From Haliotis cracherodii (lineage: Eukaryota), in the NCBI RefSeq assembly GCF_022045235.1, contig NW_027266297.1:72044001-72108000 (forward strand): a stretch of DNA of 64,000 nucleotides, written 5' to 3'. The translations under genes were made by a program, and so were the position numbers. Shown one piece after another: positions 24,585 to 38,557 of this stretch (positions within the stretch are counted from its first letter, which is position 1; the number at the start of each line of letters is the position of its first letter). Below the pieces are notes generated by a model. It had not been told where the DNA came from. It did not search any database and saw only the letters and a program-made list of their open reading frames with translations.

Positions 24585-25225
24585 GATGACACAAGGCATT
24601 GCTGTAGAACATGACGAGAGCACAAGTCATTGATGTCGTACGTGAAGTAACACAAGGCATTGATGTCGTACGTGAAGTAACACAAGGCATTGATGTCGTA
24701 CGTGAAGTGACACAAGGCATTGCTGTAGAACATGACGAGAGCACAAGTCATTGATGTCGTACGTGAAGTCACACAAGGCATTGATGTCGTACGTGAAGTA
24801 ACACAAGGCATTGATGCCGTACGTGAAGTGACACAAAGCATTGATGTCGTACGTGAAGTAACACAAAGCATTGATGTCGTACGTGAAGTGACACAAGGCA
24901 TTGATGTCATACGTGAAGTGACACAAGGCATTGATGTCGTACGTGAAGTGACACAAGGCATTGATGTCATACGTGAAGTGACACAAGGCATTGATGTCGT
25001 ACGTGAAGTGACACAAAGCATTGATGTCGTACGTGAAGTGACACAAAGCACTGATGTCGTACGTGAAGTGACACAAGGCATTGATGTCATACGTGAAGTG
25101 ACACAAGGCATTGATGTCATACGTAAAGTGACTCAGTGCATTGATGTCATACATGAAGTTACACAAGGAATTGCTGTAGAACAAGACGAGAGCACAAAGC
25201 AGTGGTGCCGTAGGTGAAGTGACTC
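24585..25225. repeat. 30-bp minisatellite (gtgacacaaggcattgatgtcgtacgtgaa), about 20 copies
   Basis: Tandem units with interspersed variant units. Confidence 0.95.
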
Positions 25226-26013
25226 AGGGCATTGCTGTACTACGTGATAATGACATTTGTAAGGCATTACTGCGCTACATGCATTGCTGCAGTAATGCTG
25301 AGGCATCGCAATGTATTTCAACGTCAGGGCGGCGCGTCGTATTGTCAAAGCACTGTATTAAGTAAGTCTCTATCCAAGTGTAATGTAACCTTGGATGAAG
25401 CCATGTGTCTGGTGGGGACGCTCCCAGGTACTACATACACCGCAAGAATATGTCAGTTCTATTCAGCAGCTATTGTGTGGTAGTTTAAAACTCATCCATC
25501 ACGTGCAGAAAGGTAGTGCTAATCTTCTGCTGGTATCTGAGGCTCTTTTCAGTTGGACTTTCCTCCGAGCATGTTGTTTGACAGTGTGATCAACGCAACA
25601 TCAGCAGGAATACTGGTACTGATGGAGATGAAAGATGTCAGTGTAATGCATCATTGTTCACAGGGTTATTACATACGCACGTATCCCGTGGACTTTTCGT
25701 CGGCTTGGCGCATAGCATTTCCCCACTCGTCTCATGCTTGAGGCTTTCCATTGAATACTCGGACAAACATTGCCCGTTTCGAAATAGTAGCAATGATCTG
25801 TACATGTGAGTTTAAGCAGGTTGTGGATAAAGGCGTTCTTAGTTACCATTATTATCCTTGATGTCTTAGCACCATGCCCGTGCTTATCACTATAAGGATA
25901 TCACTATAGTGTACAACTCTACGAAGTCCATCACAATGGGGGTTTCTCCCACATTAAGTGAACATGCCATTATATGAGTGAAATACTAGTTGTTCAAAGC
26001 GCCATTAAAGCGC

Positions 26014-26212
26014 CTCTCACAACCCCTTGTTAGTAGGGGACCTGGCTGTCTCACTCAGGCCCTTATGCCCTCTCACAACCCCTTGTTAGTAGGGGACCTG
26101 GCTGTCTCACTCAGGCCCTTATGCCCTAATGCAACCCTTTGTTAGTGGTTGACCTGGCTGTCTCTCTCACACCTCGTGTCCTCTCACAACCCCTTATCGG
26201 AGGCTGACCTAG
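26014..26212. repeat. 56-bp tandem repeat, about 3.5 copies
   Basis: ctctcacaaccccttgttagtaggggacctggctgtctc... repeated. Confidence 0.85.
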
Positions 26213-26805
26213 TTGTACGGAGAATTGACAAACAATAAACGAATTACCGGAGGACTAATCGCAGCATCCGATATTGACGCAGTTGTTTTTGTACCGGATT
26301 GCATTGCCTTTGACGCTTTTCGTTCCTGTTGTCGTTCACTGACAATACTGGAGGGTATTCGTATCAACGTACACTATCTGAACTGAACTGTACATTCCTT
26401 TGGCCACAGTCCGCACCATGAGTTGTTTACAGGAAATATACATTACAAAGCACCATACAAAACATGTATATACTATATACACATATTTTGACATAAGCAC
26501 AAATCATCGTGAAAAGGTTTTCTTTTTGAGTTTGCAAAAGTGTACTCAATTTTCCAGGTTTTGGGGTGGAGAAGTCTTTTAGTTTTATTATACCGGTCAT
26601 TTTGATATAACGGGATGTGCGAAAGATCTTCCCACTGTTACAAAGTAATCCCATTAATTAAAACTCATCACCCAAATCACATAAAAAACATAAAAGTGAC
26701 AAAACCATGTCCATGATCATAAAATATAACGTCCACGCCAGAAAAATATCAGCCTCGATTATCCGCCGAAACAGACCCCATGCGCCCACAAAAGTGAAAT
26801 TTATA

Positions 26806-26975
26806 GTGAGTGAGTGAGTGAGTATGGTTTTACGCCGCTTTTAGCAATATTCTAGCAATATCACGGCGGGGGACACCAGAAATGGGCTTCACACATTGTA
26901 CACATGTCGAGAATCGAACCCGGGTCTTCGGCGTGACGAGCGAACGCTTTAACTACTAGGCTACCCGACCGCCCC
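26806..26975 (-). mobile_element. SINE family B copy
   Basis: Full-length match to the other B copies. Confidence 0.92.
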
Positions 26976-27022
26976 TAAAATTTAAAATAATATGTCACTG
27001 AAAATCAATGATGACCCAGCTG

Positions 27023-27215
27023 TTAACACACAAGGCCATTAAGAAAGTGGTCAAATGCAACACATGTTATATTTAGGATAACACTTTCTTAGTAAAGGTC
27101 AGATTCGAGTACTTTTGGGTGTTGGGTTCGAATCTCGGAAGGGACTCAATCCCCAGAAAGAACTAGAATTTGTACTTCACTGAGAAAATGTTGTCCCAGA
27201 TACACCATTTGCTAC
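27023..27215 (+). mobile_element. Family D second copy (fold-back)
   Basis: TSD atgacc(c)cagctg; inverted arm 27023-27122, then a forward arm from the B box to catttgctac. Confidence 0.72.
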
Positions 27216-27439
27216 ATGACCCCAGCTGAATGCTAAAAGTAGACTCCACCGTACGATTCCGACTTTATTGTCAGCATGTCAGATAGTCAGACTGTTATTT
27301 TTGGCTCAAGCTATACGTGCCAGTGGTGCCCCTTGCAATGGTTTGATTCCTCTTCAATGTCTGTAGTCTTAAAACTTTCCATATAGGTTTGCCATTCACT
27401 TGATTGTAATTGTAGATTGTTTGCACCTCAATACGCAGC

Positions 27440-27735
27440 AAGAAAAGCATTGTCCATTGTACAATTCCTACCATTCATAAGCATGTTCTTGGAATCTCTA
27501 TCAAATGCTGCTGCTGGAGCTGTTCGCGAAAAGATCCGCATGTCCTACTCCCCCAACGGTGGCACCTGTCACAAACACATGCAAAGGCAAATTAAAAGTA
27601 AACCTGAAAAAACACAACATATTTTAGTCAAAATAGGGAATTGCATTAGACATTTTTTTATCACTGATGCCTCAAATATAGAAATATTTGTGAAGGCTTT
27701 ACTGAGGCCTTGAAGGTTGAAACCCTGAGCAACCC
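27440..27735 (+). repeat. Family E copy
   Basis: Core plus the gaaggc...tgaggccttg extension. Confidence 0.75.
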
Positions 27736-27925
27736 TTGAGCTGAGGCCGTATGACGTTCTCTGAAATCTTCGAAGAATATCCTATGTTATCCTACCTACC
27801 TTCGTACATACTCAGTGCACCAACACCATGTCAGAGGGAGAGTAATCTCCAGGAGTGGACGCCATAACACGCTGCACAACATTTAGTTTGTGAACAACAC
27901 AAGCACTGTTGTCACACATGACACA

Positions 27926-28274
27926 TGAATCCCGGTTCGCCCAAATTATGTTTCTAGGTTTGTCAGCACCATACCCGTGCTCGTGGGTTTCACCGAAGTA
28001 GTAAACGTCCGAGACCTGCATCACTTCGGGCTTTCCTCCCACATTAAGCTGACACGCCGCAATATAACTGAAATACTGTTTAAAGCGGCGTTAAACCCAA
28101 CTCACTCACTCACTCACTAAGGCGCCGCGATTCGCTGTACAGAGTTGCGTCCCTTGTGCACGCCAGAAACCAGCATCACTTCGCGCTTTCCTCCCACATT
28201 AAGCTGGCACGCCGCGATATAACTGGAGTAATGTTAAAAACGGCGTTAAACTTACTCACTCACCCACTCACTCA
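27926..28274 (+). mobile_element. Two tandem family C copies (5'-truncated, then internally deleted)
   Basis: Two C tails at about 28100 and 28260. Confidence 0.85.
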
Positions 28275-28984
28275 GGGTAATAGCGAGTGTATGAGTAACA
28301 ACTTTCACGATATTGATTTCAAAAGACAATAACTTTAACTGCCTCGGAGAATAGTCAGCTTGGCATACAATTGACAGGCCCCTGTTTCACGTAGATCAAA
28401 CATGGTCCTTATTTTCAATAATATAATAATCTATTTTGAGACACGATATGTATCGAAAAGCAAAATTACATAATTTTCATATTATCATTACATCAGACAA
28501 TTTTACAGGAAGGGAGTCTTTCGTAATATTTTGTTTTAATTTGTTGCTATGGTATTCGTTTTTCAATGCATTCATGCACAGACAAAAACCTTCAGTCGTA
28601 TGTACTGTACGGGGAATGTCAATACAAGACAATGCATCATTACCGAAGATGACACGGGAATACTGAGTTCTCCCACTAATCAACCTGATACAAAGCTTTG
28701 TGTCTTTATCACAAGGTTCTGCGTGGGGATATTTAATCCCAAATATCGACTGCTGCGACTTTACTCAGTATCACCCGTTAAACAAATATATCATATTAAA
28801 TACTGAACAACAATCATAAATAGAAGACATCGATAAGGGATTCATGACACGTGTTTTCGAAGCAAAAACATTTGGATCCTTTTGAAGTATCACCATTTCT
28901 GTCTTAATAGATTGAAATAGGTTAAAGAGTCACTTACACATCTGTTCAGTATATTTTGTATTGTTATTGTGTGCGTTTGCAAAT

Positions 28985-29320
28985 AAAAAAGATATCATAT
29001 AATCCATTAATAAAAGTAGAGTCAATTGTACAATTCCGAAAATATATCATAAGCATATATCTATGAATCATTATCAAAAAGTGATGATACAAGGTGTTTG
29101 TGAAAAGGTGCTATATCAGAAGCATCCGTCACAAACACATGCAAGGGAACGTCAATTTTCACCTGAAAAAAAACCATGGGAACCTTTAGTGCAAGTCAAA
29201 ATAGGGAACTGCATTCGACATTATTTTTGTCATTGCTGCGTAGATGTGAACGTGTCCTCCATATGTCTACCATAAAACGTTTTGAAGGCTTCACTGAGGC
29301 CTTGCATGTTGTAACCCTGA
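28985..29320 (+). repeat. Family E copy
   Basis: gtgatgatacaaggtgtt...cgtcacaaacacatgcaa...aaaatagggaactgca. Confidence 0.75.
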
Positions 29321-29564
29321 TTATACCACTGTAGTGTTGTCGTGAGTACAGGGGTGTGGGTGGTTAAAACAGCCTGCAAGTATTAGCATTTTGTATTTCA
29401 ATTACATTATCACACATGTACGTCAATTCTGGGTTGTTGTGTTTTGTTGAAAGTTTCTCCACATATATGTAACTTATTTCGATGCGGTGTGAAATTATAA
29501 ACACATGATGCATAAAACATAAGACAAACCTTAGACTTTTTGCCGTCAAACACAAGCAAACACG

Positions 29565-30200
29565 TTATTGGTATCAACAGGTAGTGGGTACGCTGTCAAA
29601 CAAACAAACAAAAAACAACAGCATTATTGATATCTTTATATATTGGGTACGCTGTCAAACAAACAAACAAACAAAAGCATTATTGATATCTGTATATATT
29701 GGGTACGCTGTCAAACAAACAAACAAACAAAAGCATTATTGAAATTTGTGTATATTGGGTACGCTTTGAAACAAACAAACAAACAAAAGCATAATTGATA
29801 TATGTATATATTGGGTACGCTGTCAAACTAACAAACGCATCATTGGTATCAGCATGTCTTGGGTACTCTGTGAAACAAGCAAACGCTTTATTGATATCTG
29901 TATATATTGGGCACGTGGTTAAACAATAAACGCATCATTAGCATCAATATATCTTGGGTATGCTGTCAAACAAACAAACGCATAATGAATATCTGTTTAT
30001 ATTGAGTACGCATTATTGGTATCAGTATGTCTTGAGTACGCTGTTAAACAAACGCATTAATGGTATCAATGTATATTGGTTACGCTGTCAAACAAAGAGG
30101 GCAACGTTGGTATCAGAATGTCCTGGGGACGCTGTCAAGCATGTTTTAGGTTTCAGAATGTCCTTGGGATGCTGTCAAGCATGTTTTTGGTATCAGAACT
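29565..30200. repeat. Degenerate tandem repeat (about 45-58 bp units containing gggtacgctgtcaaac(aaac)n)
   Basis: Tandem units decaying toward the right. Confidence 0.85.
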
Positions 30201-31684
30201 TCACGGGTCACTATTATACTTGTTGTCAGTACGAATTCGCCTTCGGAATACAGCCACATACATGCACGTGGACTTGCGTGAGTCCGTGTGTGGCTGCTAT
30301 TAACTAGTACCAGTTGATCAAATAGTCATAAACCGGGCATTTTACCGGACTATGAGCTATCGCAACCTCTACTCTTCCACCTAAATGAGGTTGTTTTTTC
30401 CACAAGTCCAACGAGGTCACCGTGTCTGGGGAATTAAGGACCACATTTTCCCTGAGGACAGACCAATTCATTGACAATGTGGTCAAACAGAAATTTTTGT
30501 TACAAAAGACCAAACCAAAAAACCTACTTCAGATAGTTTGACAGAATTGGATGTAGAGGAACATTCATTTTGACGACATGTTCATCAGAAAGACACAGTT
30601 ATAAAAGCAGGATGCGAGTAAGGTCCTGGCAATGCCGATTCACTATGTTGTTCCATTCCTTGGGGGAGAGTTGACATACTGAATTCAGAGCAGGGGTCCC
30701 TACCAGACAAGACTTGCCTTTACAAAAAGGACCGTGTTGATACAGTAAAAAGGTAGAAGGTAGAAGGCACGCTTTGCCGATGAAGTCTGGAGCCTTGAAA
30801 ACGACAGCTCCTAATAGATAACAGAGTGTGTTGTTCTATTTACAACAGAAACCGTCGGATTACATTTGACTATGCCCGTAAAGTATATCCATTTAATACA
30901 GAAATATAAGTCCTTTAGTTCCTAGGATCCGCAGGTTCTTGGTACGAATTCAATATTCGTCTCGATTATGACCTATGGCTGCACCGTGCTCGTGGGTTTC
31001 TCCCATTTCACGAAAATGAAAAGACTCCACGAAAGAAATATATGTCTACGATTGTCGAATTACTTTATGGTAACAGACGGCTTTGGCTAAGTGGTGTACG
31101 ACTATCACCTCCAGCCTGAGACTTACTTGTGAGGATGTGATTCTCTTACGGTGACGATGGTTGGGAACTACAGCCATGTCTGTTCAAAGGATTTGTCTTA
31201 TATTAGATCAGTACCGCATGATTTGTTCCATTTGTAGAGGGGCAAATTGGGTTATAGGAAAAACGTCAGTTCAGTTACATTATTGAAGCCCCCTAACAAT
31301 CAGGGAATCTTGAGATCTTTTAACCGCAATCACGATCAGTGTTGTTTGGTGGGATGGAAACGACGCGACAACATCGTGTGGCCCATCTGAATGGACAATC
31401 CGCGAGGCTCATAGAATTTAATTATGATGTGATCAGATATACGTGGTATTTCGGGCACCCCAAGCCAAGCTTTAGGTGATCTGCACGTGCCAGTAGTGCC
31501 CGTTTTAATGATTTTCTAAAAAAATCCCATAGAAGTTTGTCACACACGTAAGAGGAATTGTAGTAGATGTTGGCACCGGAAAACCCAGCAACACTATACG
31601 CTGTGGTAATAGTAGTCTGAGCGTGGGTGGATATAACGGCTAAGTAGATGCGACAAAAAACATTTCCATAATTATAAGAAATCA

Positions 31685-32130
31685 CTACCAAAAGCATTGT
31701 CCATTGTACCATTCACACTATATCATAAAGCGTGTGTGAATGCATCCCTTTCAAATAGTGATGATACCAGGTCAAAATTTGAATTATCCTCCACATGTCT
31801 ACCATAAAACATTGAAAGTGAGTGAGTTGGGTTTAACGCCGCTTTTAACAGTATTCCAGTTATATCACGGCGTGCCACCTTAATGTTGGAGGAAAGCTCG
31901 AAGTGATGCAGGTCTCAGACGTCTACCACTTCGGTGAAACACACGAGCAAGGGTATGGTGCTGACAAACCTAGAAACACAACCGGGGCGAACAGGGATTC
32001 GAACCCACAATCATAGGTTTCTGGCGTGCCCAAGGGACGCAACTCTGCACAGTGAATCGCAGAGCCTCAGACGACTGGGCCACCCGTACCCCCCATTGTG
32101 GAAGGTTTACTAAGGCCTTGAATGTTATAA
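31685..32130 (+). repeat. Deleted family E copy interrupted by a SINE C
   Basis: E sequence on both sides of 31817-32094. Confidence 0.6.
31817..32094 (-). mobile_element. SINE family C copy
   Basis: Full length. Confidence 0.9.
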
Positions 32131-32838
32131 CACTGCGCAAACTAATCTGTTTTGGCATTATATGTTAGAAAATCTGGATATTTTGTACGAACTTCATACA
32201 CATGATGCATAGCTGTACGTGTATTCTAGGTATGTGACGCAGTGTATGGGTTCTGTATCGTATAAAAGTATACTGTGGACTGTATCTTGAGTTACCCGAT
32301 ACTTCTCTTGATGTGTTGAATGTCAGATTTGAGTGGCAGCCATGGAGTTTCAATACCCTTTTCGTGTAATCAATCATTAACGATATGAATAACACGTGGG
32401 TTTGTAATATTCTGGTCGACACCATGTCATCTTAGATGTCTTGGAAATAACCCCGTCGGCATAACGAAAGTGTCATATAGCATGTTGAAGTATATTGGGT
32501 TTAACGTCTGCGTCACTGTACTGCTACATTGTATCCAAAATGCACATTGAACCAGGCATACAACAGTCACGTTTGCAAAAAGATTTCTCGTCCTGTAAAA
32601 CAATTTCGTTAATGGCTTGCTCTGGTTTTGTGGATGAGTAACATATTTTTAAGAGCAAATCCGTGTTGATAATTTACATAATGACTAAAACAGACATTCT
32701 GTGACAGACTATTGACTGTTGCCTTCAAAGGTACAGTGTCTATGGTCGCCTTTGATTGAAAAGTAATATGACATATATTTAACCGATTGTAGTATGCATA
32801 ACACATGATTTGTAATCGTTAGGGATTTCCGTGTAAGT

Positions 32839-33016
32839 GCGTATGGGTGACTTTGCTTTTACGCCACTTTTAGCAATATTCCAGCAATATTCCAGCAATA
32901 TCACGTCGGAGGACAACAGAAATGGGCTTCACACATTGTACCCATGTCGGGAATCGAACCCGGGTCTTCGGCGTGACGAGCGAACGCTTTAACCACTAGG
33001 CTACCCGACCGCCCCA
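32839..33016 (-). mobile_element. SINE family B copy
   Basis: TSD ccgtgtaagt. Confidence 0.92.
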
Positions 33017-33669
33017 CCGTGTAAGTATATTTCAAAGGTGATAACGCATATTAGAAGTTTAGAAACTTAGCAGTCGTGTGAACCTTTGACCTGGACCATC
33101 CACCTGCCTTTTGTAACATATGAGAGACCTTCACACCTGCCGTGCCCATCTGACACCGGCCCTTGACACTAGGGTCTGAGGCCAGAAACCACGTGATCAT
33201 CAAGTCGACGCTTCGACCTCTCCGAGCCTCAAGGAGAAATGTCTCCAGCTCTCATTACTGACGCCTCCGTTTCTGCTGGTTTGATTGTCCTCTGTGTACT
33301 CTCAAGTACTTTACAAGGTGTGATGCTGGGGTTATTAGTGAACGTTGATACTTTACATTTGTTACTGAATAAAGGTTAAATCTCGGGAAGAGAGACGATT
33401 GCGATTATCATTGTGGCGTGTTGATATCGCCGAAATGATCGGGGAACATAGACACAAATGTTGTTTGCTCTTTTTTCGGAGATTTCAGAGAGTGTGATAG
33501 GACTCTTGTCCCAAAGTTGTTTGATCAAGGTTACAACATTCAAATCCTCATTGACATGTTAATAACATTTCCAGATTTGACGCATCAGGGACAAAAAGGT
33601 AAACGCTGCAAAACCCTATTTTGACTTATACCAAATGATCCCATGTGTTTTCAGTTGAACAACTAACTA

Positions 33670-33785
33670 GCCTTTGCATGTGTTTGGGGCAGGATGAGCT
33701 CATCTATTTGCGAACACCTGGTATCATCACAATTTGATGATGATTCATGGACGCAAGCTCATGGTATGGTCGGAACTGTACATTC
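33670..33785 (-). repeat. Family E copy, reverse orientation
   Basis: ggggcaggatgagctc...gcgaacacctggtatcatcac. Confidence 0.7.
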
Positions 33786-34539
33786 TAGCAACACTGGTCA
33801 TACGGAGTTTTTTTGTACTCCTAAAAGTTCCAAAACATATTTGACAAGCATTCAGACTCAAAAAGGATCGCTTCCTTCACATCTGCAGTGTTAGACCTGA
33901 TACCTCCCGCCTACGTATCACATAGTTATTCGGTCAATCTATCCTAAATTACCTCCATGTGTCCTGTCCTAATGAATGGCGACGGACTGACACCAAAATG
34001 AAGCTGCAGCAGTTTCAAATTGGAGTGGAATATGACAAGGCTCCCGGCTCCCGGCTCCAGCCCGCCAACCCCCGTGCATCGCTTCAGCAGTAACGACATT
34101 CCCAACACCGTGCAGCTAATGATCAACCCCCTCGTCGACACTACGGGTGCGCATCTACGCAGGTTTTATACATTAGACTTGAGATAAAGATAGCTAGCCG
34201 CGACATACAAGTGTCTAATTTAAGCAGAGGATAGTCTTTGCTATTGGCTACAATTAACATTAGTCACAACGATGGGGCCAAGGCCCTCTATCACCATTGG
34301 TACAATAGAATGGTTTGATAATATGGCCTTGCATCTATGGCATTTCGGGCAACTGTTTCTATATCAACATTACACCAGGGACATGTAAGGGACACACGAA
34401 CCAGTGTAACAGTGTGACTTCTATAGCAGACACTACTGGTCCATGTCGCGATGTCTTATCATAGCCGTGCGTCCGTTCGAGATGAGGTTAGGTGAAATGG
34501 GGGTTTAACGTCGCTTCCAAGATCATTGCACTTACATAG

Positions 34540-34604
34540 TGTGTGTTCGTGCGTGCGTGCGTGCGCGTGCGTGTGTGTGTGTGCGTGCGTGCGTGTGTGC
34601 GTGC
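34540..34604. repeat. (TG)n/(TGCG)n microsatellite
   Basis: Direct observation. Confidence 0.95.
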
Positions 34605-35021
34605 TTGTACTAGTCCGGACTGATGACGATTTTATAGTGCTAGACCACTGAGATACCGTGCCGTAGTGATACCAATACCAACATATGTAAGATATACACA
34701 AAGTGCGTGTCAGCACATACAGTTATACACATATATACTAGCAGCATTTTGTAAACAATGCAGAATGTTACGACTTTTGTTTCTGAAGTTTCATACAGTG
34801 ACGAGAGATCCGTGTCATTATTTCTGCCCTGCAGAGACAGATGCCCTAACACATATCGGGGGAATTCATATTTACAGCTGAAAAACAATTTCATTTGAAA
34901 ACATGAGCTCGTGCAATCATAAATTGCTCTTTCATACTTTTCAAATCTGAACTTCTTAAACAAGAACTTTCGACCAATTGTTCAACGCTCATTAATTGAA
35001 TTACATGGTGCGCGTGTCATG

Positions 35022-36656
35022 TGATGACAAGTGTGTTGGGAACACTCTGGGGATCTCTTGATGACAAGTGTGTTAGGAACACTCGGGGGATCTCTTGATG
35101 ACAAGTATGTTGGGAACACTCTGGGGATCTCTTGATGACAAGTGTGTTGGGAACACTCGGGGGATCTCTTGATGACAAGTGTGTTGGAAACACTCTGGGG
35201 ATCTCTTGATGACAAGTATGTTGGGAACACTCGGGGTATCTCTTGATGACAAGTGTGTTGGAAACACTCTGGGGATCTCTTGATGACAAGTGTTTTGGGA
35301 ACACTCTGGGGATCTCTTGATGACAAGTGTGTTGGAAACACTCTGGGGATCTCTTGATGACAAGTATGTTGGGAACACTCTGGTGATCTCTTGATGACAA
35401 GTGTGTTGGAAACACTCGGGGGATCTCTTGATGACAAGTGTGTTAGGAACACTCTGGGGATCTCTTGATAACAATTGTGTTGGAAACACTCTGGGGATCT
35501 CTTGATGACAAGTATGTTGGGAACACTCTGGTGATCTCTTGATGACAAGTGTGTTGGAAACACTCGGGGGATCTCTTGATGACAAGAAGGGGGGAACACT
35601 CTGGGGATCTCTTGATGACAAGTGTGTTGGAAACACTCTGAGGATCTCTTGATGACAAGTATGTTGGGAACACTCTGGGGATCTCTTGATGACAAGTGTG
35701 TTGGAAACACTCTGGGCATCTCTTGATGACAAGCGTGTTGGACACACTCTGGTGATCTCTTGATGACAAGTGTGTTGGGAACAGTCTGGGGATCTCTTGG
35801 TGACAAGTGTGTTGGGAACACTCTGGGGATCTCTTGATGACAAGTGTGTTGGAAACACTCTGGGGATCTCTTGATGACAAGTATGTTGGGAACACTCTGG
35901 GGATCTCTTGATGACAAGTGTGTTGGAAACACTCTGGGCATCTCTTGATGACAAGCGTGTTGGACACACTCTGGTGATCTCTTGATGACAAGTGTGTTGG
36001 GAACAGTCTGGGGATCTCTTGATGACAAGTGTGTTGGGAACAGTCTGGGGATCTCTTGGTGACAAGTATGTTGGGAACACTCTGGGGATCTCTTGGTGAC
36101 AAGTGTGTTGGAAACACTCTGGGGATCTCTTGATGACAAGTGTGTTGGGAACACTCTGAGGATCTCTTGATGACAAGTGTGTTGGGAACACTCTGGGGAT
36201 CTCTTGATGACAAGTGTGTTGGGAACACTCTGGGCATCTCTTGGTGACAAGTATGTTGGAAACACTCTGGTGATCTCTTGATGACAAGTGTGTTGGAAAC
36301 ACTCTGGGGATCTCTTGGTGACAAGTGTGTTGGAAACACTCTGGTGATCTCTTGATGACAAATGTGTTTGGAACACTCTGGAAACCTCTTGATGACAAGT
36401 ATGTTGGGAACACTCTGGAGACCTCTTGATGACAAGTATGTTGGGAACAGTCTGGAGACCTTTTTGATGACAAGTATGTTGGGAACAGTCTGCGGATCTC
36501 TTGATGACAAGTGTGTTAGGGATACTCTGGGGACTTCTTTGATGACAAGTGTGTTGGGAACACTCTGGAGACCTCTTTGATGACAAATGTGTTTGGAACG
36601 CTCTGGAAACCTCTTGATGACAAGTATGTTGGGAACACTCTGGAGACCTCTTGATG
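35022..36656. repeat. 37-bp minisatellite (tgatgacaagtgtgttgggaacactctggggatctct), about 44 copies
   Basis: Tandem units; source of the 592/466/355-aa pseudo-ORFs. Confidence 0.97.
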
Positions 36657-37200
36657 GTAAGACTAAGTACCTGTAAGTGACTTACTCTATTCAATCTCTC
36701 TGGTCTTACAACTCGACATTTCTGTGTTGATTCGTCGACATGATTAAGAAGTAGACCCATGAGTACATTCTGATCAAAACAAATAAAGCTTCAGTCATCC
36801 CTTGCGATGAGGAAATGATGGTTTTAAGAAATGCCTATTGGAGACTCAGACAGTCCAACGAAAATCTCGAAATGAGAGTTGTATGAAAAGCTTTTCATAT
36901 CATAAATATTATTGTTTATAAGTTGATGAGGCAGGTACTCTAGCCACCATCATGAAATAGGTTTACCAGTTTAGTTTGTGTTGATTCCTGCTTAATTCGT
37001 ACTTTGTGTGCTGTGGGGTACCACGTTTTTTAAACTGCCTTCTTCTGTCCATAATAATGTCAATAGACACAATATTTGACATTTGATAATTTCTGAAATC
37101 TATTAATTAAAATATGGATTCTTCAACGTGGTCGTAGAAGCTTTAATACAACCTAGTTAGAATAATCCGAAATAATTCTCCAGCGAACGTATTCATGTCT

Positions 37201-37372
37201 GTTTGTTTGTTGTTTAACGCCGCACTCAGCAATATTCCAGCTATATGACGGCGGTCTGTAAATAATCGAGTCTGGACCAGACAATCCAGTGATTGACATC
37301 CCGAGTATCGATCCACGCAGTTGGGATACGACATGCACCAACTAAGTCAGCGAGCCTGACCACCCGATCCCC
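37201..37372 (-). mobile_element. Family A copy, 5'-truncated
   Basis: 3' two-thirds of A. Confidence 0.85.
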
Positions 37373-37511
37373 ACGTGGGTACAAAGTGGGAATAAATGTC
37401 AACACCCATTTTCGGTGATTGATTGAGTTTTGCAAAGAGCGGCCTTAATGTCACTTGCCAATATATTATACAATATCAGTTAGAACAACCACATAAGATA
37501 CATGAATACGT

Positions 37512-37698
37512 GACATGTGAAGATCCGGGGTGGAATAGGTCTTGCCGTAAAAGGTGACGATGTTTGTCGTATCCCAATTGCGTGGATCGATGCTCATGAT
37601 GTCACTCAGTGGATTGTCTAGTCCAGACTCGATTATTTACAGACCGCCGTCATATAGCTGGAATATTGCTGAGTGCGGCGTTAAACAACAAACAAACA
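37512..37698 (+). mobile_element. Family A copy, internally deleted
   Basis: gtgaagatccgggg start, (CAAA)n tail. Confidence 0.85.
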
Positions 37699-38557
37699 AT
37701 AGTCCATATTCAATATTCCAAAAGTACAGATTATAAAGGTTGTTACTTTACCAAATAGGTTGAAATAAAGATAATAATTATGATACCTGTTACTTTAAAT
37801 GAAGTTAATCAAACAAAAAAACGAAATCCCTTCAGGTATATTCACCGCCAGTACCTAAATGCTTAAGACACACTAATTAGCCATATTACTGTGCACCTTC
37901 GCGTACATTATTTTCATGGAGTAAAATAATGACAAGAGTCAGCACTCGAAGAGCGACTTGAGCAGGCCCAGATTACCGGCATCTGTGATTCAGTAACAAG
38001 ATAGAGATTCACTGGCCTCTCGGGCAACGGTGGCTCGTCCTTTGTAATCCTCCCAAACACATCTCAGCCAATCAAGCACCCTTCTCCTCGTCTAATTTGT
38101 TTTTCACTGCGTTCTCGTCACATATGCACAGTGTAGAAAAACGGACTCAAACACGCATGTGTATCGGCACGGCATAATGTCTTTGTTCTCAGCCGCATAA
38201 CGCCAGCGCCGATGCTCGTCAAGATCACCGCGATTTGTCAATGTTGGATCGCAAAGGGTAAATTATCTAATGACTTTATTGTGTTGCTTGTCGCTCAAAT
38301 AGCCTGCTAATAGACGATCAGATCAGTTTCTACACAGCTGTTTGATCCATGTTGGAGAATTTTCCACGCGGACTGTTGCTATGATTGAATAGCTGTGGGG
38401 CCACTAAGATTCCAGGCAGCGTGAAGGGCTACGGCAATAAAACCACTTTATACAAACCGATTTCAGGTGGTTGGGATACCATGTGCTTTTCACACTATAT
38501 ATACTGTATTAGAAGACGATCGTCCCGATAACCATTGACTCGCCTCTGAAATTTATA

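Noticed and set aside
24521-25217. Repetitive ORFs on both strands
   Set aside because: They are products of the 30-bp minisatellite.
34031-34190. Pro/Ser-rich short ORF (MTRLPAPGSSPPTPVHRF...) as a coding exon
   Set aside because: It is short, has an upstream in-frame stop, and shows no convincing splice sites or homology.
34982-36760. 592-aa ORF as a real gene
   Set aside because: It is almost entirely the 37-bp tandem repeat, overlapping frames give the same peptide, and it has no domain.
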